A stretch of 62,817 bases of DNA, counting the filler, from Nitrospinota bacterium (GTDB lineage: Bacteria; JADFOP01), in assembly GCA_022562795.1 (NCBI GenBank). It is 9 parts of 9 records of this genome, joined end to end, with 100 filler letters (N's around TTAATTAATTAA, not from the genome) between each part and the next. Parts side by side here need not be neighbours in the genome. Positions count along the whole stretch, not along the records: positions 1 to 12,319 come from JADFOP010000052.1; 8 more parts are not named here. One strand, given 5' to 3'. The notes under the pieces were generated by a model that did no database searches, was not told the origin of the DNA, and saw only the letters and a list, made by a program, of their open reading frames with translations. Position 1 is the first letter of the stretch, and each line of letters opens with the position of its first letter. A program made the position numbers and the translations under genes. This document shows, piece by piece, positions 1-7,707 of this stretch.

Positions 1-215
1 CTGACTCGATTGAACCTCCAGGGGCAAATTACCCCAGTAATATTAACTTTTCCCCTCTAAGCGAAAGTAACGATTACCTGGGATAATCTTAACTACCGAG
101 TAAGTTCGCACTGCCACGCCGCATAATCCAGGATAAATGACGGTGCATAGCGGATTCGATAATCTCTCGACAGCATGATGGTGGTGGTTCTCGGTTGATA
201 ATCTTATTTGTCCTG

Positions 216-533
216 CTACGAGCCCTCCTGTCTCATCAGCTCAATAGCTTCCGTTGGGGTTAGCATGTTCTCGGGGATACGGTAGAAGCCTGCCTTCCAG
301 TTTTGGGTGTTCTTCGGCACTTCCAGTATCACATAGCTGTAATCGAGGAATTTGGCTGGCAGGATACGCTCTTGAACGAGCCGAGGTGGATGGTTTATCG
401 ATGCTATCCAATGCTCCTGTGCCAGATGAAATTTCTCAATCGCCCTTTCTAGGGATATCTCAAGGGGCGGAAGGGGGGTCGCACCCTTTTCCTCCTCATG
501 GCGAAGGGCTTTGGTTAGCCAGACCTTGACCAT
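216..533 (-). CDS. hypothetical protein (105 aa)
   Basis: ORF with G-rich RBS (GAAAGGGGG) just before ATG; lower-GC accessory region; no recognised motif. Confidence 0.6.
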   Translation of the reverse strand: MVKVWLTKALRHEEEKGATPLPPLEISLERAIEKFHLAQEHWIASINHPPRLVQERILPAKFLDYSYVILEVPKNTQNWKAGFYRIPENMLTPTEAIELMRQEGS

Positions 534-669
534 GATTTCCCCCTTTCATTGATTATATCACCTCCCAGCGTGTCCCCGCTATGGTAGCCTAAGGATAACC
601 CCTGCAATGGAAGCCCGTATTACAAGCCACATCTGGACGATGGAGAAAATCTTGGGAGGAGGATAGGTA

Positions 670-828
670 GTGCCACAGGTCAAACTTTGTAAGTACTGCC
701 AGGAACCCATCGATGAAAGGGACGATGAATTTGTTCTTTTGAACCCTGAGGCAATGGGCGATAATGACAAGCCCCTCCCGGAAGCACTGTGGATTTATGC
801 TCACGTTAGGTGTCATGTCCAGGATTAG
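670..828 (+). CDS. zinc-finger microprotein (52 aa, CxxC...HxxC); not in ORF track
   Basis: Manual translation from GTG after GGAGGAGG: MPQVKLCKYCQEPIDERDDEFVLLNPEAMGDNDKPLPEALWIYAHVRCHVQD; resembles 862..1065. Confidence 0.65.
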   Translation: MPQVKLCKYCQEPIDERDDEFVLLNPEAMGDNDKPLPEALWIYAHVRCHVQD

Positions 829-861
829 GAACGTAGGAAGAAAGGGTAATCTTTAATTCAA

Positions 862-1065
862 ATGGCGATTATGACTAACTTAAACAACGATATTGGCCTA
901 TGCCACTACTGTCGAGAACCCATCTGGGAGAACGATAGCTACGTCCAGAGGGGTAGTCTGGAAGGCAACGAGATAGAACAATACCATGTCCCATGCTTCA
1001 GAGAAGTGGAACCGAAAGGGAAGCATGGATTTATGGGTTCATTTTTTTTAGATGATGCGAAATGA
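862..1065 (+). CDS. zinc-finger microprotein (CxxC...HxxC)
   Basis: LCHYCREPI...YHVPCF motif; similar to the preceding small ORF. Confidence 0.65.
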   Translation: MAIMTNLNNDIGLCHYCREPIWENDSYVQRGSLEGNEIEQYHVPCFREVEPKGKHGFMGSFFLDDAK

Positions 1066-1193
1066 ATGAAACATTGAAATGGGCCATCTACAATTTCTGC
1101 TGACTCAACTACATAATCGCCTTAGGAACTGACCCTTGTTTATCATTAGGTTTGATAAAATAGGGTAGCAGAGACATTGGCGGTGAATATTTC

Positions 1194-1352
1194 TTAAACT
1201 TTCTGTCCCTCTTTATATCCTTCTTTTCGTCTACATCGAGGACAGAGGCGGTTAGCCTTGCCCCAGCTGTCGAAGTAATCGCTACAGCCAAGGCATTTCA
1301 GGCGTACCGTTCCTTGTTTGGGTTTGGGTTGTGGCTTTTTTATGTAATTCAT
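1194..1352 (-). CDS. zinc-ribbon microprotein (52 aa, CxxC-x13-CxxC); not in ORF track
   Basis: Manual translation MNYIKKPQPKPKQGTVRLKCLGCSDYFDSWGKANRLCPRCRRKEGYKEGQKV. Confidence 0.65.
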   Translation of the reverse strand: MNYIKKPQPKPKQGTVRLKCLGCSDYFDSWGKANRLCPRCRRKEGYKEGQKV

Positions 1353-1459
1353 GTCTTCCCAGAACTCTTATTGCTATGGACAGTGACCTGCCCCCATTCA
1401 TTGTACCACCTACAAAGAGGTATTGACTATCTTAAGGATCGCCATACTTAGGTTCTATT

Positions 1460-1603
1460 ACACGATGTAGTCTTAACTCGTGGCCCTAGGGGGCCAGGGG
1501 CAATAACTGTTGAAATATGCCCTCTAAGACGGTCCATGGATGGAGTTTCCTTTTTAGGAAGGAGAAGCCTCGGCATATGGTGTCTGGGTTCCGCCTGAGG
1601 CGG
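1460..1603 (+). repeat. ~140-bp dispersed element, copy 1 (inverted copy at 53920..54062)
   Basis: 56-bp core 1494..1549 is the exact reverse complement of 53973..54028; flanks ACACGATGTAGT and GAAGGAGAAGCCTCGGCA also shared. Confidence 0.85.
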
Positions 1604-1925
1604 GCCTGAGGCGGAGGGCCGGGCGACCCCGACCTACCCGGGATGCGGACAGGGAGTCCGCCTTAAAAGGAGTCGGGGTCAGGGGGTCGCAGGCGACCTT
1701 TGGTCGGCCCGACTACCCGGTGGATGCGGACAGGGACGAGCCCTGTCCCTACAGTGAGGCCCATTGTAGGGACACCCCATGTGGGTGTCCTCTACAGGGT
1801 CTGTCTCAATGTAGGGACGCCCCTTGTGGGTGTCCGCGAACAGGCATGACCCCAACTAAAAGGATGAACCCCTCCGCATACACGGTTCAGCCTCCCAGCC
1901 CACGGACATCCGCCTGTGACGGGCC
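1580..1925. repeat. cluster of GTAG-headed REP-like palindromes and CCGCCTNAGGCGG motifs
   Basis: TGTAGGGACACCCCATGTGGGTGTCC, TGTAGGGACGCCCCTTGTGGGTGTCCG, inverted CGGACAGGGACGAGCCCTGTCCCTACA; 1866..1907 is related to the 52911/53083 duplicate. Confidence 0.85.
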
Positions 1926-1926
1926 C

Positions 1927-2772
1927 CTACATCTCATCGAGCTTGACGAGCTCGGCGCTTGCGTCCCATAGCCGACTGGCGACTTCCTTATTGTATGACT
2001 CCTCGGACGTTTTCACCGGGGTCTTTTCGACGAAGTATTTGCCGGTCACCCCTTCCACGTCGGGAGACGATGCGAGGTAGATGACCGTCTCGGCGCCCTT
2101 TTCAGGGCTTAAGAGCATGGGGCTCATCAGCGGCCAGAGAATACGGAGCCACAGCGCGGCGTCCTTGGCAAGCCTGGTCGCGACAACGCCAGGATGCATG
2201 CAGTTGGCAGCGACCCCCGTCCCTTCCAGCCTTTTTGCGAGCTCGTAGGTGAAGAGGACGTTGGCGAGCTTTGAGTGATCGTAGACGCGCATCCCAGCGT
2301 ATCCTCTCTCCATCTGGAGGTCGTCGAAGTCGATGGTAGCCCCCTTGTGGGCGTTCGAGCTTACGTTGACGATCCGGGAGGGGGCGCTCGCCTTGAGGAC
2401 GTCGAGCAGAAGGTTCGTAAGGAGAAAGTAAGCGAGATGATTGAGGGCGAAGGTCGCCTCGATGCCGTCTTCGGTGAGCCTCCGGGTCCCGATGATGGCC
2501 CCGGCGTTGTTCACCAAAACATCGAGGCGCCGGTGTCGGCGGGCGAACTCCTCGGCGAGACGTCGGATCGCCCCTTGGGAGGAGAGATCGGCTATAAGCA
2601 GCTCCACCGACTCGTTTCCGCTCGTTTCGGCGATCTCCGCCCTCGCAGCCTCGCCACGGCCCCTGTCTCGGCAGACCATCGCCACCGTGGCGCCTCGCGT
2701 CGCCAGGGCCAGGGCGGTCGCCTTTCCGATCCCGGAGTTGGCCCCGGTCACGAGACAGACCTTGGAGCGCAT
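1927..2772 (-). CDS. SDR family oxidoreductase (retinol dehydrogenase-like)
   Basis: TGANSGIG, NNAG, YxxSK (YDHSK), HPGVV; start placed at ATG 2772 overlapping upstream stop (TGATG). Confidence 0.9.
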   Translation of the reverse strand: MRSKVCLVTGANSGIGKATALALATRGATVAMVCRDRGRGEAARAEIAETSGNESVELLIADLSSQGAIRRLAEEFARRHRRLDVLVNNAGAIIGTRRLTEDGIEATFALNHLAYFLLTNLLLDVLKASAPSRIVNVSSNAHKGATIDFDDLQMERGYAGMRVYDHSKLANVLFTYELAKRLEGTGVAANCMHPGVVATRLAKDAALWLRILWPLMSPMLLSPEKGAETVIYLASSPDVEGVTGKYFVEKTPVKTSEESYNKEVASRLWDASAELVKLDEM

Positions 2773-3305
2773 CAGACCGGTTTTGCGGGAAGACCCATGA
2801 GAGAAAACAAGAGGGTGAGGATCAACGCTTGGACTACCCAGCCGATCACGCAAACCCCAACGGCGCGCCACGTGCTCGTATAGTCCAGAGCTTGCCTGAC
2901 CGCGATTATCATCGCGACGAGCATCCAGATCGAGGCGACCATCATTACGATCCCCGCAAGAGGCGGGATGACGCCCAGGATGCGAATCAACCCGGGGGAG
3001 CTCGAAAAGCCGATGGTTCGCAACAGCTCGCCGTGATCGGCTTTCGTCTGCGGCTCGGCAAGGAGTTTCGTCCCGATAAAGTAGGTGAGGTAGGCCCAGA
3101 TATACCACGCGACGAGGGCGACGATTGTGCCCACGACAATCCCGCCGACCCCTCCTCTTCCAAAGGTTCCGACTCCGGCCGCTATGCTGGAGAGAACGAC
3201 AACGCCCGTTGCCTGGCCCATCGCCCCCTTGTCGGCCTCGACCTCCTCGTAGAGGTTGACGTCGAGCTTGGCGGCGCGGATGATACGATCCATAAGAGGA
3301 TTCAT
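2772..3305 (-). CDS. YIP1 family membrane protein
   Basis: Hydrophobic multi-TM ORF with LYEEVEAD, LLRTIGFSSSPG, AVRQALDY motifs. Confidence 0.75.
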   Translation of the reverse strand: MNPLMDRIIRAAKLDVNLYEEVEADKGAMGQATGVVVLSSIAAGVGTFGRGGVGGIVVGTIVALVAWYIWAYLTYFIGTKLLAEPQTKADHGELLRTIGFSSSPGLIRILGVIPPLAGIVMMVASIWMLVAMIIAVRQALDYTSTWRAVGVCVIGWVVQALILTLLFSLMGLPAKPV

Positions 3306-3404
3306 CGTCGTACCCTTGTTACGCTAAAGGATTCAAAGGATCGGGGGGAGACGGGATCCGTCCCGGCGAAGGAGCTTGGACGGTACGGGATCACCCCCGG
3401 CGGC

Positions 3405-3443
3405 GGCCGATTTTCCGCGATTTTCCGCGATTTTCCGAATACG
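3405..3443. repeat. 39-bp element with 10-bp-phased repeats, copy 1
   Basis: GGCCGATTTTCCGCGATTTTCCGCGATTTTCCGAATACG; exact reverse complement at 52789..52827. Confidence 0.85.
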
Positions 3444-3495
3444 GCGCTAATCATAAATGGCTATGGCTTCTCAAAATTATAGACGCAGGGATTTT

Positions 3496-3702
3496 TTAAT
3501 GCGGCTCGCGACCCAACTGGGTCCGGATTTCGTCCACTCACGGGGGGCAGGCCCCGTCGGCTTCCACCCAATCGGGGTTATCCTCCTTGATCGCATCAAT
3601 GATGTGATGGTCCGTGTGTTTAAGAAAGGCCATGAGGTCCCGCTTCATCGTCTCGCCGCAGGTCGGGCAGGTATAGGTTCGATGCGTCTGCTCCTCGCCC
3701 AT
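3496..3702 (-). CDS. putative small selenoprotein (68 aa; CxxC...CxxU), TGA at 3538..3540 read as Sec
   Basis: RBS GGAGG; MGEEQTHRTYTCPTCGETMKRDLMAFLKHTDHHIIDAIKEDNPDWVEADGACPP-TGA-VDEIRTQLGREPH-TAA; hairpin 14 nt after TGA. ORF is well supported, recoding is inferred. Confidence 0.6.
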
Positions 3703-3804
3703 GGCGCGCCCTCCATCTCTCAATTCTAAAACGGATTACGATACAGCCTGCACGGCTCATTCTACCCTACTAGAATCTAGTATCAAATGCCAGCTTTTCC
3801 GGCG

Positions 3805-4494
3805 TCAGCTCGGGGCTTTCTTCGGAGGCGCCCCGACGAGCACCGTCACCTCCCCCTTGACCTCGCGGTCGGCCAGGGCCTCGTTGAGCTCAGCCACACT
3901 CCCCCTGATAAACTCCTCGTAGCGCTTCGAGACCTCCCTGGCCACGACGCAGGGCCTCTCTGGCCCGAAGGTCTCAAGCAATTCGGCAAGGAGCTTCTTG
4001 AGCCTCCGTGGCGACTCGTAGAGGACGACCGTGTGTCCCAGGGCCGCGAGCTCCTCCAGCCGCCTCTTGCGCCGGCCCGATTTCGTCGATAGGAAGCCCT
4101 CGAACGTGAAGGTGTCGGTGGGCAGGCCCGAAGCCGAAAGGGCGGCGATGAGGGCCGTCGGGCCGGGGACAGGCACGACGGCCACGCCCGCCTCAACGGC
4201 GGCACGCACAAGCCGGACGGCGGGGTCGGAGATACCGGGGGTCCCGGCGTCGGTCACGAGCGCCACGGATGCCCCGGCCGCAAGTCTGGCGATGAGCTCG
4301 GCCTGCTTCTTGGCCGGGCTGTGGGCGTGGTAGCTCGTAAGCGGCGTGGAGATGCCGTATGCGCTCAAGAGCTTCCGGGTAACGCGGGTATCTTCGGCGG
4401 CGATGAGGTCGGCGGACCGCAAGACCTCGACGGCACGGTGGGTGATGTCCCCCAGGTTGCCGATGGGGGTGGCGACGATGTAGAGGGCGTCCAT
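3805..4494 (-). CDS. rsmI: 16S rRNA (cytidine(1402)-2'-O)-methyltransferase
   Basis: LYIVATPIGNLGD, AAEDTR, TDAGTPGISDP, FEGFL, YESPRR. Confidence 0.95.
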   Translation of the reverse strand: MDALYIVATPIGNLGDITHRAVEVLRSADLIAAEDTRVTRKLLSAYGISTPLTSYHAHSPAKKQAELIARLAAGASVALVTDAGTPGISDPAVRLVRAAVEAGVAVVPVPGPTALIAALSASGLPTDTFTFEGFLSTKSGRRKRRLEELAALGHTVVLYESPRRLKKLLAELLETFGPERPCVVAREVSKRYEEFIRGSVAELNEALADREVKGEVTVLVGAPPKKAPS

Positions 4495-4627
4495 CTCGAT
4501 CCCATGACGCTTCAGGCCAAGCCATCCAATGCCCCAAGGGAGGGGAACACCTCTTGCAAATTACCAAGCGTAAACACGCCCCTCCTCGGACGAGGGGCGC
4601 TCAAGCGCCGCGGAGGTTATACGCCCG

Positions 4628-4888
4628 ATGCGTCTGGATAAGGCCTGGCCCCTCGTAGTTGTTGACAACACTTATCGTTGCGGCCACTGCCTCTCGCTAA
4701 AGGTAGAGTGGGCGGAGCTAGAGGCTATCCGCTACCGCGACCACATGGGGGGCAAAGTTATCATAGAGCCGGGTTATTTCTGCCTAGAATGCGAACAGAT
4801 ATCCTTGCCCAACAAGGCCGACGAAGCCATGGGAAGGCACCCCAAAAGAAACCTCGAGGGACGCCCTCCGGGCCTCCCTCGAACGTAG
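4628..4888 (+). CDS. small CxxC...CxxC hypothetical protein (86 aa)
   Basis: RBS GGAGG; CGHC and CLEC pairs; fills the gap between rsmI and the dehydrogenase. Confidence 0.55.
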   Translation: MRLDKAWPLVVVDNTYRCGHCLSLKVEWAELEAIRYRDHMGGKVIIEPGYFCLECEQISLPNKADEAMGRHPKRNLEGRPPGLPRT

Positions 4889-4919
4889 CAGGACTCGTAT
4901 CCTCGGAGGCGGGGCCCTT

Positions 4920-6125
4920 TCAGACCACCGCCTTAATGTAGTCGCTCCAGCGCTTCTCGATCTCCGTATCCTGGATCGTCTCCATGATGTAGGCGGCAAA
5001 TTCCCGCCCCGTGCAGCCGGTATCTCTACCCGTGATGGCGAGCCGCTTTTCGTACTGGCCGCAGACGTCGAGAGCCATCTCGAGCTTGTCAGCCAGATCG
5101 ACCAAGCCGATGTGGCGAATAAGCATCGCCCCGGCGCGAATCATGGAGGATGGGTCAGCATACTGGACCCGTCCCTCTTTCACCATGCGCGGGGCGCTTC
5201 CGTGGATGGCCTCGAACATGGAATAGACCCTTCCGATATTAGCGCTTCCGGCCGTCCCCACCCCGCCCTGGAACTCGGCCGCCTCGTCGGTGAGGATGTC
5301 GCCGTAGAGGTTGGGGAGCGCCATGACGCGAAAGTAGGTCCTGCGCTTGGGATCGATGAGCTTGGCCGTCATGATGTCAATGTACCAGTCGTCGCACTCG
5401 ATCTCGGGATACTCCTCAGCGATGCGGTAGCCGATATCGAGGAACTTCCCATCGGTCGTCTTCACCACGTTGGCCTTGGTCACCAGGGTCACCTTGGGGA
5501 TCTCATTCTTCTTGGCGTAGTCGAAGGCCAGCCGGATGAGCCGCTCAGTCCCCTGGCTCGTAACCGCGCAGAAATCTATGGCCAGATCGTCGGTCACGTC
5601 GATCCCGTCGGGGCCGAGGGCGTAGGCCCCCTCGGTGTTCTCACGGAAGAAGACCCAGTCGATCCCCTCGGCGGGCACCTTAACGGGCCGTACGTTGGCA
5701 AAGAGGTCGAGCTCCTTTCGCAAGGCCACGTTGGCGCTTTCAATGTTGGGCCACGGGTCGCCCTTACGCGGGGTGGTGGTCGGCCCCTTGAGGGTAACGT
5801 GACACTTCTTGATATCCTCAAGCACCTCGTCGGGGATGGGTTTACCCACCTCAGCCCGCCGCTCGATGGTCAGGCCTTCGACGTCTCTAAGCTCCACCTT
5901 CCCGTTGGAGATCTCCTCCTTGAGAAGCTCTTCGAGCAACCACCTGGCCTCCTTGGCGATGTAAGGGCCGATCCCGTCGCCGCCGATGATGCCGACGATA
6001 ATCGGCGAGACGGTGGAGAAATCGAGCCAGTCAGGGGCCTGCTTAATCCTATCCACACGCGCAAGCTGAAGCTCCAGAAGCCTTCCGAAATGCTCCTTTG
6101 CCCTCTCGATTACGTCAACGCTCAT
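4920..6125 (-). CDS. isocitrate/isopropylmalate dehydrogenase family protein
   Basis: GDGIGP, LKGPTTTP, RENTEG, NLYGDILTDEAA, FEAIHGSAP. Confidence 0.9.
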   Translation of the reverse strand: MSVDVIERAKEHFGRLLELQLARVDRIKQAPDWLDFSTVSPIIVGIIGGDGIGPYIAKEARWLLEELLKEEISNGKVELRDVEGLTIERRAEVGKPIPDEVLEDIKKCHVTLKGPTTTPRKGDPWPNIESANVALRKELDLFANVRPVKVPAEGIDWVFFRENTEGAYALGPDGIDVTDDLAIDFCAVTSQGTERLIRLAFDYAKKNEIPKVTLVTKANVVKTTDGKFLDIGYRIAEEYPEIECDDWYIDIMTAKLIDPKRRTYFRVMALPNLYGDILTDEAAEFQGGVGTAGSANIGRVYSMFEAIHGSAPRMVKEGRVQYADPSSMIRAGAMLIRHIGLVDLADKLEMALDVCGQYEKRLAITGRDTGCTGREFAAYIMETIQDTEIEKRWSDYIKAVV

Positions 6126-6284
6126 TCCTCTCCCTCCGTCCTCGGAGATACAATCGCATAAGCCACCAGGTAAATTCCTTACAAGCGCAGAACCTGCTAA
6201 GTATGACGGGTCTGCCAGCCGGTGTCAACGTTTCTGGGATGGATAGAGAAGGGCGTGAGGTAACGACAAAAATATGTTACATGC

Positions 6285-7013
6285 TTAGGTTCGCACCAAA
6301 TCCTTAAGCCCCTGCTCGATGGCGTCAATATAATTGCGAGCCGCTTGAAGCGGGTCAGAGGCATAAATAATCGGGCGGCCGACAACCACATAATCTGCTC
6401 CATTTCTAATAGCCATGGCCGGTTCTGAGTGCCTCTTGTGGTCGTCCGTCGTATCCGCCTCCAACCGAATCCCAGGAGTAACTATTATGGTTCTCTCTGG
6501 GACGACCTTCTTAATGGCAGGAGCTTCCAAGGGCGATGTAATGACACCGTCACACCCCATTTTGACCAGGTGCTCGACTCGCTGAAGGACAAATTCTTCC
6601 ATCGGCATATCAACGCCATATACTTCTTTCAGGTCGGATGCGTCCCAGCTGGTAAGGGCCGAGACAGCTAGGAGGCTGAGATCGTGAGAGCCCCTTGCCT
6701 CAATAGCCGCTGCCACATTCCTTGCCGTTCCATGGACAGTTGTAAAGCTGACCCCGCTCTCGGCGATAGCTCGGACGGCGCGGCCGACCGTTTCTGGGAC
6801 ATCGTAAAGCTTTAAATCGAGGAACACCTTCTTGCCAAGGTCCATGAGCCGTCGGGCAAAGTCCAATCCGGTTTGAAGGTGTAGAACGTGTCCTATCTTG
6901 AAAAAGGATACAATCTCATTGAGCTTTTCAACCAGCCCAAACGCCTCATCAGGGTCTGGTATGTCGAGGGCTACGATAAGGCGGTCTTTTGCTCTTAGGT
7001 TATCCCCAGCCAC
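6285..7013 (-). CDS. pyrF: orotidine-5'-phosphate decarboxylase
   Basis: LIVALD, FLDLKLYDVPETV, VTPGIR, VVGRPI. Confidence 0.93.
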   Translation of the reverse strand: MAGDNLRAKDRLIVALDIPDPDEAFGLVEKLNEIVSFFKIGHVLHLQTGLDFARRLMDLGKKVFLDLKLYDVPETVGRAVRAIAESGVSFTTVHGTARNVAAAIEARGSHDLSLLAVSALTSWDASDLKEVYGVDMPMEEFVLQRVEHLVKMGCDGVITSPLEAPAIKKVVPERTIIVTPGIRLEADTTDDHKRHSEPAMAIRNGADYVVVGRPIIYASDPLQAARNYIDAIEQGLKDLVRT

Positions 7014-7181
7014 CTGGATATCTCCTTAATACACCATGCTTTGTGCGGGAATGGAACCAGTCGTCCGTATGTCGTGACTGGTAATATTATACAACCCTCG
7101 CCTTGCGCCTCGTCAACTCCTTTCTGTCCTATCGTTGTGAGGTGAACCAACGGGCACGATTCCGCTCACCCCCTTTGGGGG

Positions 7182-7706
7182 TCATCGGAGCTTCACGACG
7201 AGAGGGCCGATCTTCTCGACACGCTGGCCCGGCGGCAGGGCCGCCAGCATATCCTCGACCGAACGGCCTGTGACCGGATGGACGAAGCTGGGGTTCAGCT
7301 CCCGCAGAGGCTCCAGCACAAACGCCCGCTCGGATAACCTTGGGTGGGGTAGCGTGAGGTCTTCCTCGTCGATGACAATCTCTCCGTAGGTTAGCAGGTC
7401 GAGGTCGATGGGGCGGGGGCCGAAGGGGACCTCCTGGGAGCGGTCCCGGCCCATGGCCTTCTCGATGGCCTGACAGTGGGCCAGGAGCGCCTGGGGGGTA
7501 AGCAGGGTCTCAATGCGGACGACGGAGTTGATGAAATCGGGCTGGTCGGCCACGGGCCCTTCGGGGCTCGTTCGCCAGAGGCTCGAGGCGCCCGGGAGAG
7601 AAACCCGGTCGTGGTCGTCCAGCTGACGAGCCGCCTCCACAAGCTGAGCGATAGGCTCGCCCACGTTCGCCCCCAGAGCGACATAGGCCTCGACCGGCTC
7701 GTTCAC
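7182..7706 (-). CDS. folK: 2-amino-4-hydroxy-6-hydroxymethyldihydropteridine diphosphokinase
   Basis: AYVALGANVG, QPDFIN, GPRPIDLDLL, LPHPRL-ERAFVL; GTG start just after the dapL stop. Confidence 0.93.
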   Translation of the reverse strand: MNEPVEAYVALGANVGEPIAQLVEAARQLDDHDRVSLPGASSLWRTSPEGPVADQPDFINSVVRIETLLTPQALLAHCQAIEKAMGRDRSQEVPFGPRPIDLDLLTYGEIVIDEEDLTLPHPRLSERAFVLEPLRELNPSFVHPVTGRSVEDMLAALPPGQRVEKIGPLVVKLR

Positions 7707-7707
7707 C

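Noticed and set aside
1109-1291. 60-aa ORF-track call on the minus strand
   Set aside because: Overlaps, in another frame, the better-supported CxxC-CxxC ORF 1194..1352
1720-1971. Cys-rich 83-aa ORF with CRDTPCGCP repeats (similar ORFs at 44845 and 52908..53211)
   Set aside because: Translation of REP palindromes, not a metallothionein-like gene
2773-3108. N-terminal extension making the SDR 393 aa
   Set aside because: Overlaps the YIP1 gene; Rossmann motif begins at ATG 2772
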